Positions 47,344-57,972 of a stretch of DNA of 64,000 nucleotides are shown one piece after another (positions within the stretch are counted from its first letter, which is position 1; the number at the start of each line of letters is the position of its first letter). Where the stretch lies: IMG/VR virus record IMGVR_UViG_3300045107_000413, positions 58,513-122,512 of that record, one strand, 5' to 3'. The position numbers were made by a program, and so were the translations under genes. Origin of the DNA: a virus. Below the pieces are notes generated by a model, which had not been told where the DNA came from, did not search any database, and saw nothing but the letters and a program-made list of their open reading frames with translations.

Positions 47344-47588
47344 GCCTGCTCTCCTTGCGGCTTTGTGCGCGCCGCCTTCTTTGCCAGATTACGCGCGTAG
47401 CACTCCCCGCAAAAATAGATGGTCACACCGCAGAGGCCGGCAAACGCGCCACTCATGCGGTACTGAAGTTCTGCCTCTGCTGTACAGTCCGTAGTCGCGC
47501 ACTGCCGCAAGAGGCGGGTTTGCAGGTCAATGACGGGTGCCTGTGCGGCAGGGGACTGCTCCCGCCTGCTCAGAAAGGGTAATCGCAT
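47340..47588 (-). CDS. Small Zn-finger protein
   Basis: CATTDC...CGEC. Confidence 0.5.
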   Translation of the reverse strand: MRLPFLSRREQSPAAQAPVIDLQTRLLRQCATTDCTAEAELQYRMSGAFAGLCGVTIYFCGECYARNLAKKAARTKPQGEQA

Positions 47589-47677
47589 ACATGCCTCCCT
47601 GAAAGTGGTATTTCTTCATACAACGAACGGGGAGGCGCGGGTAGCACGCTGAATGCTTGTGTAACTTTATGGATGAG

Positions 47678-48583
47678 TTACAATCTGATGTAATCAACGG
47701 CATTATCATCAAGATTCAGTTTGCGCTTCTGATAGCGTTCCGTCGTGCGCGGGTCTTCATGTCCGGCGGCATACTGTACCTGCATGAGACTTGCCCCCTC
47801 TTCCAGTGCCAGTGTAATAAAAGTTGCACGCAGGGCATGAGGGCTGAGGTGCAGGATGCCGATCTTTGCCCCGTAGTGCTTTACTAACCGCTCAATAAAC
47901 TTGTCGCTTATCTGCGCCCCTGTCGGTTTCCCCCAGCGGTCATAGCCGGTAAACAGTGGACTCGATAGGGGTGCGTCCTGTCTGCCTGCCGCCACAAGAT
48001 ATGCAGTAATGGCCCGATGGACGATCACAGGGAGTTTCACGATGCGCCGCTTGTTGCCCTTGCCGTGCTGAATACTCAGGACGTGATACCCCTGCTCTAT
48101 TGTCATATCCCCAATGTGTAACCCCGCGCACTCAGTACGCCGGATGCCGGTGTAGAGGAGCAGGGTCACAACAGCATAGGCCAGTACCCCGCGCTCATGG
48201 GTCATGTCAATAGCGGCAAGTAACGCCCGCGCCTGTGCTTTCTCAAGGGCAATGTAGGGCGTCTCATTGGCAACCTTGAAGCCCTTGACCCCCACAAACG
48301 GATTTTTCTCCCGCTTGCCTGCCTTGATCTGCTCCTCAAGAAGTCTTCGCGCAACAGAGAGCATACGCTTTGCGGTAGCAGGTTCATATCTTTCCGAGAG
48401 GTATGCACGATAGGCAACGGCATCTGAGTACAGGAGAGACGCAGGAGAGAGATCACATTCCAGCAACCAGAGGGCAAACACTTTTGCGTCATGCTCATAA
48501 ATGCGTTTAGAGCGTTTGCTCAGTTGCCCCGTCGCATCTTGAAGAGACTGTGAGAAATCAAGCATTGTTGGAAGATTGCTCAT
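47678..48583 (-). CDS. Tyrosine recombinase (XerC/D-like)
   Basis: TGIRRTE, GKGNKRR, PHALRAT, AGH and TTERY (R-K-H-R-H-Y set). Confidence 0.93.
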   Translation of the reverse strand: MSNLPTMLDFSQSLQDATGQLSKRSKRIYEHDAKVFALWLLECDLSPASLLYSDAVAYRAYLSERYEPATAKRMLSVARRLLEEQIKAGKREKNPFVGVKGFKVANETPYIALEKAQARALLAAIDMTHERGVLAYAVVTLLLYTGIRRTECAGLHIGDMTIEQGYHVLSIQHGKGNKRRIVKLPVIVHRAITAYLVAAGRQDAPLSSPLFTGYDRWGKPTGAQISDKFIERLVKHYGAKIGILHLSPHALRATFITLALEEGASLMQVQYAAGHEDPRTTERYQKRKLNLDDNAVDYIRL

Positions 48584-49010
48584 GACGTACCCTCTCTATT
48601 CCGTCTGACACTCGTTTGAGCAGGTCTGGATGATGCCTCCCTTTTACCACATTGCATTCTCTACAGGCAGGAACGCAGTTATCCTGTGTTGTCCCTTTTG
48701 TTCCATGATGGAGAGGGACGATATGCTCTAACTCCTCATAAGGCTCACCACAATAGGCACAGCAATAGCGATACTTCTCAAGAGTTGCCAGCCATTCTGA
48801 AAGCAGCAGGGTTGCTGGTAAGAGACGTTCCCGCGCACGGGCATTCGCCAACTGGACAATACGCGCCTCACGTTTATAGCGAGTACGCAATGCCTCTTCC
48901 CGTTGATGCATTTCTATGATACGCTGCCCCGCCTCGATGACCTTCATCAATCCATCGAGAAACTGAAAGAATCGCTCAGACTCAAAGAACTGCTTGATTT
49001 TCTCTCGCAT
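48558..49010 (-). CDS. HNH endonuclease
   Basis: CAYCG, EHIVP and NCVPACRECNVVKG. Confidence 0.85.
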   Translation of the reverse strand: MREKIKQFFESERFFQFLDGLMKVIEAGQRIIEMHQREEALRTRYKREARIVQLANARARERLLPATLLLSEWLATLEKYRYCCAYCGEPYEELEHIVPLHHGTKGTTQDNCVPACRECNVVKGRHHPDLLKRVSDGIERVRHEQSSNNA

Positions 49011-49052
49011 CTTTTTTACCCTCTCCTGTCTGTAAACGCAAATTTACGGACG

Positions 49053-49682
49053 CTACATCGATCTATTTTTACTCATCGATACGCCTGTGTCAAGCCCCTC
49101 TATACAACAATCTCGCTGCGCCTCTCTCACCCTCTCACCCGCAACCCCTTCTGCAAATGCAGCGACCTGTGCCAGCAATGCCTCTCTCTCCCCGCTGTTG
49201 TCGATAACCGTGCAGGGAACCGTTGCGGGCGGGGTCTGCACGCGGTAGTAGCCGGTGAGGATGTCCTGTGGGATGAGGTGACCGCCGCGTGCGGCGCGTT
49301 CTGTGCAGCGTGCCGTACAGCAGGCAAGGGGCGCATCCACAAAGAGGGGATGGAGCGATGCGGCAAAGGCAGGCGAGAAGCAGGAGAGCGCCGCGTCATA
49401 GTCGGCGTGGGCAATTTCGAGGAGCAGGTGAGAGGCATGGAATACTGCCAGGCGCGCCGTTGCCATTTGTTCCAGGCGGAGGAGGCAGGCGGGGTAGATC
49501 GCGTAGTCCATCACGCGAAAGCCGCCGGTGACCGGCTCCCACCAGTCAGCAGACTCGTAATGCATTTGTTCAAGGGCGGCATACTCACAGAGATGCAGGC
49601 TCTCCCCGGCAAGCATCCCCTGCAAGAGCGCGGCAATGGTAGACTTGCCGGAGCCGGGGCGACCCATGATGAGGATGTTCAT
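49053..49682 (-). CDS. P-loop nucleotide/polynucleotide kinase-like protein
   Basis: ILIMGRPGSGKST and lid motif R..R. Confidence 0.75.
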   Translation of the reverse strand: MNILIMGRPGSGKSTIAALLQGMLAGESLHLCEYAALEQMHYESADWWEPVTGGFRVMDYAIYPACLLRLEQMATARLAVFHASHLLLEIAHADYDAALSCFSPAFAASLHPLFVDAPLACCTARCTERAARGGHLIPQDILTGYYRVQTPPATVPCTVIDNSGEREALLAQVAAFAEGVAGERVREAQRDCCIEGLDTGVSMSKNRSM

Positions 49683-50076
49683 GGCTGTTTGCCCCGGCTT
49701 TCCCGCTCCTGCTGTTTGCGCAAAACGATATACTCCGCAAATGCTACCCATCGTTCCAGGATAGCTTCCCATTCTTTCTTACGGGCATAGCGTTCCCGTC
49801 GTTTTCTCTTGCGTTCCTCTTTTGTTTGCATGAATTATCCTTTCATGAACCTGTTTAGTTATTCGCCTCCGGTATGGGTAATGGCCCCACATGCCCCGCA
49901 GGGAACGTACAGGCGATGCCACTCCCGACACGCAAAACAGAGCAGCACGCCCTCATACAAGGCAAGGCACTCCTCACAAAAGCGATGCCCGCAATGGGCG
50001 CAGGCGCGTATCTCTCCTGGGCTACCAAAAATCAGGCAGTTGTGGCAACCGAGTGCCAGGATATACTTCTTTGGCA

Positions 50077-50307
50077 TCATGCTTCCTCCTCTACTACCAG
50101 TCGGTAGCGACATGCCAGATCGGGCAACTCCTCTATCAGCCCCTTGCGCTGCAACTCTTCCAGCGCGGCGTCATAGACCGTGCCAGGTATCCTTGTATGG
50201 AACTCAGTGCGGGAGACGCCGAGGGCATCTGCCATGTCCCAATCCGCCAGATACGCCGCCTTTGTGATGAGTAGGATACGCAAGATATCCCAGGCTAGTT
50301 TGCTCAT
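50077..50307 (-). CDS. Small winged-HTH protein
   Basis: ALEELQRKGLIE. Confidence 0.5.
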   Translation of the reverse strand: MSKLAWDILRILLITKAAYLADWDMADALGVSRTEFHTRIPGTVYDAALEELQRKGLIEELPDLACRYRLVVEEEA

Positions 50308-50858
50308 GCCTGCTTCTCCTTCTCTGCCGCCTCACTGAGCAGAGAGACCACAAAGCCCAGGTTATTGCAGCAGATGCAGGCCACTTCCCGCGCATCCAGC
50401 GCCGCCTGCACGGCTGCAAGATTTTCGCTCTGGTCATCGACAAACAGCACCTCATCCACTGCTGCATGCCCGTCAAGGTACTTTAACACCTCTTCTGTTT
50501 TGAGAACAGGTGACTTGCGATAATCCCCGTCCTTGCGCATCAGGAGCGTATGCCACTGTACACCCGCGTCAATGAGGCATGCTCTTGTGGCCTGCCGCAG
50601 TTGCTCAGGGCGTCCTGTCAGCAGCACGATCTGATAGCCCAGATGATGCATGAGGCGGGAAAGGGCCTGTGCAGCACCGTCTATAGGGCTATCCAGTGCA
50701 AGCAGGGCGGGGTCAAGGAATATCTTCCAGTTGACTGAGGCATCAGGCTTGCGGGCGCGCTCAAGACGAGCAAATATGTCACAAATCACGCCGTCAATGT
50801 CAATGAAACAGACCTTCGTCAAGACGGTGCTCCTTCTCTCTTTGCAAACGGTTGCCAT
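50304..50858 (-). CDS. HAD-family phosphatase (PNKP 3'-phosphatase-like)
   Basis: DIDG, LTGR, LLMR..GDYR...K and FVDD. Confidence 0.82.
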   Translation of the reverse strand: MATVCKERRSTVLTKVCFIDIDGVICDIFARLERARKPDASVNWKIFLDPALLALDSPIDGAAQALSRLMHHLGYQIVLLTGRPEQLRQATRACLIDAGVQWHTLLMRKDGDYRKSPVLKTEEVLKYLDGHAAVDEVLFVDDQSENLAAVQAALDAREVACICCNNLGFVVSLLSEAAEKEKQA

Positions 50859-51043
50859 GTCTCTAGCAGGATGCGCAACTCCTGCGGGATGTGGTCATAG
50901 GCTACTGAACCGTCAAAGTCATAGGCCACGATGCCGACATCCTTCACAAAGCCGTTCACGGCATGATGGTTCGGGTTGATGGCATCAATACGCACCTCAT
51001 GGCCGTTCTGGGTGCGGTAGATGCCAGGACGTAAAACGTTCAT
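50819..51043 (-). CDS. Hypothetical protein
   Basis: AAGGAG RBS, YRTQNG. Confidence 0.5.
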   Translation of the reverse strand: MNVLRPGIYRTQNGHEVRIDAINPNHHAVNGFVKDVGIVAYDFDGSVAYDHIPQELRILLETWQPFAKREGAPS

Positions 51044-51120
51044 GTTTCTCCTTCTCTCTCACAGACAAGGGCAGCATCTCCTACCCCTGTCTCATCCTAC
51101 TTCACTACTGCCGCCTGTTC

Positions 51121-52167
51121 TCACGCCTGCTCTGCCGCGTACTCCGCAATGGCTAACTCGACCATATGCACCTCATCGGGGCTAAAGGAGGAGGCGACGG
51201 CTGATGCCAGAATGGGGCGATCTAAGACTTCCCCGGCTTTCTCCGCAAAGGACTCCGCCGTATTCTTACACCAGCCTGCCTTCACGCCCTTGTTGAAGAT
51301 GCGCAATACGTCCTCACGGGAGGCGGGAGCCTCTGTTGGCTGTACCGGTGAGGGCGCAGGCTCACTCGCTTTGCTGGCGCGGTACTCTTGTGTCAGTTGT
51401 CCGATGAGGTCTTTTGCCTGAACATAGGTGAGGGCGTTCAGGTTCTCCGGTTCCGGCTTGCCGAGCCGCTCACAGAGCTTCAGGATACTTGTCTTCTGTT
51501 GCTCTGTTGCATCAACCGGCTCAGGCTTTTCAGGAGTAGGCTGTGGGCGGGATGCAGGGGTGACAGTAGACTCAACGACCGGCCCCGTTGGCACGGGGTT
51601 ATCTGCCTGCTCCATCTCTTCCTGTGTATAGACGCCTGCCATTTCCGCAGGGAAGGCGCGGCGCAGGGCCAGGGCCTCACAGACCTTTGCCAGCATGAGG
51701 TCGGGCATCTTTGCCCATAACCCCTGCGGTTGCCCGTCTTTCTTGCGCACCACGTAACTCTCGTACTTGGCAACGGCATAGAGGGGCTGCGCAAAGTCAC
51801 GACGCAGCACCCCCACACGGGCGGCGGCAGGCGGTGCGCTTTCCAGCCAGACATCGAGCCAGATGCCGTCTCTGCCGCACCACTGCGGCCCGATTTGCCC
51901 CGCGTACTTGCCAGAGCGTTCTGCGAGCAGACGATAGCCGTCTATAGACGTTTGCACCGACATCTTCGTGCCGCCAACTGCGCTGTCATAGCGGGAAATG
52001 GCATAGATTTGCCGCGAAATGGGGTCAAGGCCCGTGCGCTTGCAAATCTCGATAAAGAGCAGAAATTCATCATTGGTCACCGTGGGCGCAATCGTCTTGC
52101 GAATGAGCGTCAACTGCTCCTGGGTAAAGGGATTACTACTACGAGTCATGACCGCCTGATTTGCCAT
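51121..52167 (-). CDS. bet: Phage single-strand annealing protein (Bet/RecT family)
   Basis: [18 protein letters not shown] and [23 protein letters not shown]...GVYTQEEM. Confidence 0.92.
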   Translation of the reverse strand: MANQAVMTRSSNPFTQEQLTLIRKTIAPTVTNDEFLLFIEICKRTGLDPISRQIYAISRYDSAVGGTKMSVQTSIDGYRLLAERSGKYAGQIGPQWCGRDGIWLDVWLESAPPAAARVGVLRRDFAQPLYAVAKYESYVVRKKDGQPQGLWAKMPDLMLAKVCEALALRRAFPAEMAGVYTQEEMEQADNPVPTGPVVESTVTPASRPQPTPEKPEPVDATEQQKTSILKLCERLGKPEPENLNALTYVQAKDLIGQLTQEYRASKASEPAPSPVQPTEAPASREDVLRIFNKGVKAGWCKNTAESFAEKAGEVLDRPILASAVASSFSPDEVHMVELAIAEYAAEQA

Positions 52168-52170
52168 GTA

Positions 52171-52494
52171 CTATACCTCTTCTTTCTCTTCAAGTCTTGC
52201 CCATTCTGGGCGTCCGTCAAGTCTGCCGCGCACTTCTACTTCAATCGGCTCGCTACTAACTACCCGTCCATAGCGCCGGTCAGTCTCCCGTCCCAGATAG
52301 TGCGCAAATTTCAGGGTGAGAGCGATCTGCTTTGCCGTTGTCATGCTAACCCCTTCCAGCACCACATAATGCACGGGCCACTCTTGCAAGTAGGTCGCCC
52401 GCACGCCGTAGGTATGCAGGAGCGCGGCGGTGAGAATCTGCGTCTCCTCAAACCGGAAGGGATACGGATTGCGTATCCAGATGGTCACATTCAT
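52171..52494 (-). CDS. Hypothetical protein
   Basis: Coupled ORF. Confidence 0.5.
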   Translation of the reverse strand: MNVTIWIRNPYPFRFEETQILTAALLHTYGVRATYLQEWPVHYVVLEGVSMTTAKQIALTLKFAHYLGRETDRRYGRVVSSEPIEVEVRGRLDGRPEWARLEEKEEV

Positions 52495-52892
52495 GATACT
52501 TCTCCTACTGCCTCCGCAATCAGGCGCAACTCATACGCCTCATCCTTGCGCTTTGCCCCGCCTGCACGCCAGCCATACTTTGCCAACGCAGCACGCTCTG
52601 CCTTATCGGGGTCAATGGCATGGGCGGCAAGCCAGTGCAGGGCTACCGGATACGTCTCATCCTTGCCCTCTGCCGCATCAATACAGGCGGCGTAGTACAA
52701 CACATCCGCCGCCTCATGCAGCACGTGCAAGGGCGTCTTCGTAACCCCTGCTTCCAGCAACTCTTCCTGCTCATGGCGGTACTTTGTGAGCAGGATATGC
52801 AGGGGTTGCAAGCCGTCTACCAGGTCAGTATAGCCCCGGTAGACGGCAATCTGGCGGGCGTAGGTGACGAGGGTTTCTTGTGTATTCATCAT
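52491..52892 (-). CDS. MazG-like/all-alpha NTP pyrophosphatase-like protein
   Basis: EQEELLEA...HEAADVLYY. Confidence 0.5.
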   Translation of the reverse strand: MMNTQETLVTYARQIAVYRGYTDLVDGLQPLHILLTKYRHEQEELLEAGVTKTPLHVLHEAADVLYYAACIDAAEGKDETYPVALHWLAAHAIDPDKAERAALAKYGWRAGGAKRKDEAYELRLIAEAVGEVS

Positions 52893-53162
52893 GTCCTTTC
52901 TGAGAGCAGATCACATCTGCTCCCACATGTGACTATGCCTCATGCTTCTCATGACAGCGGCGCGTCCTTCCCACGACCATCGCAGAGGGCGGCTGCTGAA
53001 TATGGCGGGCATAACTTGCAGGCGTGTAGCCAGGATAGGGTATCAATCGCTGCGCATGGCCGCAATTGAGCGAGACAATCACGGCGCTCTCATCATGGGT
53101 AATGCTCGTCACCTTTGCCATTTTATAGCCTTTATGGTCGGTGTTCCCCGGATTTGCCATTA

Positions 53163-53714
53163 CTATGCTCCCTTCTCTTGAGATTGCAAGGCCACGTGAA
53201 TATTTGCCAGCGCCAGCATGATCTGGCGGTAGTACCCCTCGTCAATGCGCCCCGCTTCCAGCCCTCGTTGCAGGTAGAACTCGATTTTGTACCGCAACCG
53301 CTCCAATTCCTGACAGGCTTCTACCAACGCGGGCGCGCTGAGAAAGGCAGGGAGCAAATCACTATTATCCTCATAGACCAGCGCCGCCACATCGATGCCC
53401 TTTGGAGTGTCGCGCATAATGGCGCGGGCGGGTGCGCTATTCAATTCAGAGGGCTTGTAGGTTTCACCCACCCACAGCAACGGGGAAACCTCATGTACCT
53501 CATGCTCTTTGCCGATGAACCGACGCCCCTTGTAGGCAAAAGTGACGGGGAAATCACCCGTCTCAAAGGCACTTTTGCAGGAATTGCACACTTTGATAAC
53601 GGGAAAGCCCCGATAATGCGAACCGAGCAACGTATAGCAATCGGGCTTCTCATCCGGCCCGAAGGGCTGCCATGCCCACGCCGCCTCTTGCTCTTTACAT
53701 GCCTGACATTTCAC
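53163..53714 (-). CDS. Hypothetical Zn-finger protein
   Basis: CQAC..CNSC, SAPALVEAC. Confidence 0.55.
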   Translation of the reverse strand: MKCQACKEQEAAWAWQPFGPDEKPDCYTLLGSHYRGFPVIKVCNSCKSAFETGDFPVTFAYKGRRFIGKEHEVHEVSPLLWVGETYKPSELNSAPARAIMRDTPKGIDVAALVYEDNSDLLPAFLSAPALVEACQELERLRYKIEFYLQRGLEAGRIDEGYYRQIMLALANIHVALQSQEKGA

Positions 53715-53804
53715 GTTGTTTCTCTCCTTCTCTCTTGAGGAACTACTTCACACAGCCCCTCATACTATTCTACCATTCTTTATTGCCCGCTTGCTTGCGG
53801 AACC

Positions 53805-54329
53805 TTACCACACCTTTTTCTGTACATGAGAGGGCATGATGTAGGCAACCGTATTGCCCTTGCCCATTGACACCCGCACCGGACACTCCCCGACCGACTT
53901 ATCCCGGTAGTCGATACTCTCAAACAGGAAATTGCTGAGTAGCGAGGCGCAGTCCGCAAACACGTCGAGGTACGCCTGTTCCACGTACACACTGGCCTCA
54001 TCCTCTGCAACGAGCAGGCGGGCATTTTTGCCGCTATCCATCTCCCGCTTGTCATTGCTGACAGAGAGGCGGGCGAGTGCGGGCAAGGCTTCCAGTTTCG
54101 CCCACTGCTCCTGCGTCTCGGTGACCAGACGGGGAATGTCGGTCATGGGATACCGGCGCAAGAGGTCATCCGTTTTGAAGGTGCGGTAGAGGGCGGCAGG
54201 TACTGCCACGAACAGCACCTCCTCATGATAGCCGGAAGGGATGATGCGCACAAAGCGACTGGCCTTGAGCATGGCAAAAAGGGCCTTTTCACGGATGCCG
54301 AACATATTGGCGCGGACGGTCGTAGTCAA
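53805..54329 (-). CDS. Hypothetical protein
   Basis: GAGGAG RBS. Confidence 0.5.
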   Translation of the reverse strand: MTTTVRANMFGIREKALFAMLKASRFVRIIPSGYHEEVLFVAVPAALYRTFKTDDLLRRYPMTDIPRLVTETQEQWAKLEALPALARLSVSNDKREMDSGKNARLLVAEDEASVYVEQAYLDVFADCASLLSNFLFESIDYRDKSVGECPVRVSMGKGNTVAYIMPSHVQKKVW

Positions 54330-54791
54330 CTATTTTCTCCTCTCTTAATAGCCGCGACGCCCGCGACCATACATCATTTTCGTATTTGCGGCCCGCTGCG
54401 CGCGGTGTAGGCACGAGCTGCACAGCCAGCGCGGGAATGCCTTTGACCCGGCATTGATGAGTCCTTTCCGGCTCCGGCGTCGGCATTTCTCACAGCACTC
54501 CGGCGCAACCGGCTCAGGGATATCCTCGTCAGATGTATACGGGCCACTGAATGGCCCTACGTCCTCTGGCATGGCCTGCTCCTTCCTACAATTGCCGCCC
54601 ATAAAAGAGATTCTCTCCCTCAAAATCAGTCAGCAGACCCGCCGCTAGCGGGAGATTGATGCACTCCTGAAAAAGCGCATCATCTCGATGGCAGGGACAG
54701 GCAAGATCGCTACAGAATGGGCGGGACTCGCTGTGCAGCGGCGCATCCCCGTCCTCATAGGGGATGAACCAGACTACAGGGGACATATCCA

Positions 54792-55043
54792 TTACAGCAC
54801 CTCCCGTCGCGTGCAAATGTAAAGACGGCCATCCCTGACCGTCACGGCGTGACACGCGCTACACTCCTCTGCATTGCCGGTACTCTGGTAGGTGTAGGTG
54901 TAGAGGACGGTCACGAGCCATACCGGCTGGCTGACTTCCTCCAGACGCTCTACGCGCTGGACTGAGTGATTGCCGGTGCGCCGTATATTACGTACCAGCG
55001 CGAGGACATATGCCTCAATGTCGGCGCGGGAAAACTCTTCCAT
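54792..55043 (-). CDS. Hypothetical protein
   Basis: GAGGAG RBS. Confidence 0.45.
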   Translation of the reverse strand: MEEFSRADIEAYVLALVRNIRRTGNHSVQRVERLEEVSQPVWLVTVLYTYTYQSTGNAEECSACHAVTVRDGRLYICTRREVL

Positions 55044-55333
55044 GACTTTCTCCTCTCAGAAACTATTGACCATTCAGATCGGCTTGATATTGCGCCTCTT
55101 CCGCTTGCCAGCGCGCAAGGTACTGCTCTAGCGAGAGCAAACGGATATGACCGGTGCTGGACACATCAATGCCGTGCTTGCGGCAAAAACCAACGGTCAG
55201 GCGCGTGGGAAAACTGCGCGCCCGCCAGAGATACTTTTCCGCCGCTTCCTTATCCAGCCAGGATGCAGGGGAATACGGATGCGCCTCCATCGCCAGCCTC
55301 AATTTCTTCTCTGCCATTTCAATACACCTCTCA

Positions 55334-55774
55334 CTAAAACGGCGGCTCTCCGATCTCCTCATCAGAGAGACCATCACTCCAACAACTACAAAACGGCGGA
55401 TCGGGCTTGCACACGGCCTCTGACCAGCCACAAGCAGAACACCGCTCTTCCGCATCGATATCGAACGCCCATCCGCACTGCGGGCAGCGCCCTTGCCCTG
55501 TGCAAGCCCAGCACTTTATGGGCGGCTCATCGAAGTGGACGCTGTCTTCCAGCCCACTCATGTGGCAGAACTTGCAGCATGTCACGCCGTAGCGCGCCTC
55601 CCATGCCTCATAGACCGCTTCCTGAGCCGTCATTTGCGCGTCACATTCGGGCGTGTGCAGGCGAATGGGAAGCAGGCCAGCATGAAACTCATCCTCGATA
55701 TGGGCAGGGAGGTCATCCACATGAAATCTATCCATCACCTCACCTCCCCCTACGCGCCATAGCACCGATAGCAA
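55334..55774 (-). CDS. Cys-rich Zn-finger protein
   Basis: Multiple CxxC motifs. Confidence 0.55.
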   Translation of the reverse strand: MLSVLWRVGGGEVMDRFHVDDLPAHIEDEFHAGLLPIRLHTPECDAQMTAQEAVYEAWEARYGVTCCKFCHMSGLEDSVHFDEPPIKCWACTGQGRCPQCGWAFDIDAEERCSACGWSEAVCKPDPPFCSCWSDGLSDEEIGEPPF

Positions 55775-56481
55775 TAGCCAGAGCGCGAGAGCTTCCCGCA
55801 GGACTGGCAGTACACCGGTTCGTCCTCAAAAGACTCCCGCCCCTCTTTGAAGCGGGAGATGTAGGACGGCACGCTCATGAACTCTTCCCATGCCGCCTGT
55901 AGGGCCATCTCCTCGGCGCGGGCATCATAGGCCGCGTCAAGGGCGGCATGAATGCCATCCTGCATGGACACATACATCTCTGTGAGCGCGGCGGTAATGC
56001 TTACTTGCCCCGTGCGATGTGCCAAACTGGAAGCGGCGGGGGTCACTTCCAATTGGCGCATCTGCTCCGCCGTATAGTAGGAGACACCGCCGATTATCAT
56101 CGGCGGCTCGTCATAGGGGGCGGGCAGACCGGCGGCTTTTGTTGCCTGCGCGGCGGTAAGGAAGCGCAGGGGGTCATGGTTGAAGGTGGAAGCGTGACGG
56201 GCCAGAATAGCTTCTGGCTGGTACTGCACGCGCTCTTTGCAGACCTCTGCTATGGCGCGGCAATGCTTACAGGACTTGACTGAGGGGCAATTGCACTCCC
56301 ATGCAAGGGAGGCATCATTCCAGCGCACGATATAGGAGTCTGCTACCGTATCGCTATTCACGCGGTAGAAAACCTCACCTGCCGTGATGGTGATGCCCTT
56401 CTCCGTGAAGGAGCGGCGGGCGGTAGAGCGGAAAATAGCCGCTGATTGAATTTCGGCTGGCTTGCGAACTTGCGTCTTCAT
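55750..56481 (-). CDS. SWIM-like Zn-finger protein, first leftward early gene
   Basis: WECNCP...CKHC and C-terminal CQSC..CYRC. Confidence 0.65.
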   Translation of the reverse strand: MKTQVRKPAEIQSAAIFRSTARRSFTEKGITITAGEVFYRVNSDTVADSYIVRWNDASLAWECNCPSVKSCKHCRAIAEVCKERVQYQPEAILARHASTFNHDPLRFLTAAQATKAAGLPAPYDEPPMIIGGVSYYTAEQMRQLEVTPAASSLAHRTGQVSITAALTEMYVSMQDGIHAALDAAYDARAEEMALQAAWEEFMSVPSYISRFKEGRESFEDEPVYCQSCGKLSRSGYCYRCYGA

Positions 56482-56531
56482 GGTCTAGGAAGCCTTTCTT
56501 GTTCATGGTCAGTATCCATCTGACACTTCTT

Positions 56532-56612
56532 ATTGTAGCATGAAAACAAACAGTTGTCAATAGTTTTTTACAGTTTTCTGTCTTGACAAAGAAAATTCCT
56601 ATGTGTTATAAA
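56532..56612. promoter_or_regulatory. Divergent promoter pair (switch-like region)
   Basis: Minus strand: TTGACA-17-TACAAT at 56560-56532. Plus strand: TTGACA at 56583, then TATAAA. AT-rich, with repeated ACAGTT/AACTGT. Confidence 0.65.
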
Positions 56613-56644
56613 CTGTTATAGACATTTTGCGAAAGAGGTGAGAC

Positions 56645-56866
56645 ATGGAAGACAGGGCAGATTACATTTCAATGGAAGAGGCAGCAAACCAACTAGGAGT
56701 AAAGCGGGTGACGCTCTACTACTACATCAGAACCTTAGAACTTGAACCCAAAAAGTTCCCACTGGATAAGCGCAAGTATCTGAAAGTGAGTGATGTTGAG
56801 TATATCAAGTCACTCAAACATGCGGCAACAGAGGGAAAACAGAAAAAGGATGAAGATGCAGCATAG
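56645..56866 (+). CDS. HTH DNA-binding protein
   Basis: ISMEEAANQLGVKRVTLYYYI. Confidence 0.82.
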   Translation: MEDRADYISMEEAANQLGVKRVTLYYYIRTLELEPKKFPLDKRKYLKVSDVEYIKSLKHAATEGKQKKDEDAA

Positions 56867-56960
56867 CTGGAACACGCGCTCTCTGGCTTCCTAGACCAAT
56901 TAGCAGCGCGTGTTCCCACATTGAGCGCCTTTATTATAGCACACAAGTAAGTACCGTAGT

Positions 56961-57344
56961 ATGGAAGAGACACAAGAATCATCATTTCCAGGATTTTATT
57001 ATCCTGAAGACGACTACTTCACCCGTATCACCAATGACTGCTATATTGAGTTCGCAAAGATTGACAACATTGCTGAACTGAAAATCATTCTCTATATCGC
57101 CCGTCACACGTGGGGATTTCAAGAGTATGATAAATGGAAAGAGATTTCTGTAGATGAGTTCATGTATGGGAGATATTCAGGTGATGAACGCTTGGATGAT
57201 GGTACAAGACTCAGTGAGCAGTCAGTACGCAATGGACTCAGCAAAGCAATCAAACATGGTTATGTACTGGAGAAAGTGATTGCTCGTGATCGGGCCAGAA
57301 TTCGCAAGTTTTACAAGCTCAAAATGTACCCTCGCAAGCAGTAG
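56961..57344 (+). CDS. Replication initiator-like wHTH protein (possibly truncated or frameshifted)
   Basis: FTRITND, AELKIILYIARHTWGF and TRLSEQSVRNGL. AT-rich iteron-like repeats follow. Confidence 0.65.
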   Translation: MEETQESSFPGFYYPEDDYFTRITNDCYIEFAKIDNIAELKIILYIARHTWGFQEYDKWKEISVDEFMYGRYSGDERLDDGTRLSEQSVRNGLSKAIKHGYVLEKVIARDRARIRKFYKLKMYPRKQ

Positions 57345-57519
57345 GTCTAAAGTTTGTGCCTATCACCATAAAGTTTATACCTATTTCCCTAAAGCTTAGG
57401 GAGAATGTTATAGCTTTTAGACCTCGTACTATAGGAGAAACCTTTAAGAGAAACTTGTTGGAGAAACTGTAGGGAGAGACGTGTTCAATTTTTCTGAAAA
57501 ATTGAACACTGCACACACT

Positions 57520-57972
57520 ATGCACATGATACGAAAAGCCTCTCTTTCTGACCTTGATGCCATTAAGCATATCGCTGACACAAACAAAGATACCATCGGC
57601 TTTGTGATGCGCCCCGCGCTCCAGATGGCGCTAGCAAAGCACTGGCTCCTTGTAGCAGAGCAGGAAGGGCGGATCATTGGTTTCTGCAATTATCGCCACT
57701 GCCGCAATGGACAAACCACGATTTATGAACTCTGCGTCTCTGAACAGTACCGGAGACAAGGAATAGGGCGCGCCCTGGTTGAAGCAGTAGCAGGGGAATG
57801 TGTATCCTATATCCAGTTAAAAGCGGTGGCTACAATCTTAGCAAATGACTTCTATAAGCATCTTGGTTTCGTCCTTGTAGGGCAAGAGCAGGGACGAAAA
57901 CGCCCGTTGAATGTATGGAGATACTATGCTCAACCTGATTTACTGTGCTGGTGGGAACCCCCTTCTCGTTGA
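57520..57972 (+). CDS. GNAT acetyltransferase
   Basis: YRRQGIGRAL and ANDFYKHLGF. Confidence 0.88.
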   Translation: MHMIRKASLSDLDAIKHIADTNKDTIGFVMRPALQMALAKHWLLVAEQEGRIIGFCNYRHCRNGQTTIYELCVSEQYRRQGIGRALVEAVAGECVSYIQLKAVATILANDFYKHLGFVLVGQEQGRKRPLNVWRYYAQPDLLCWWEPPSR

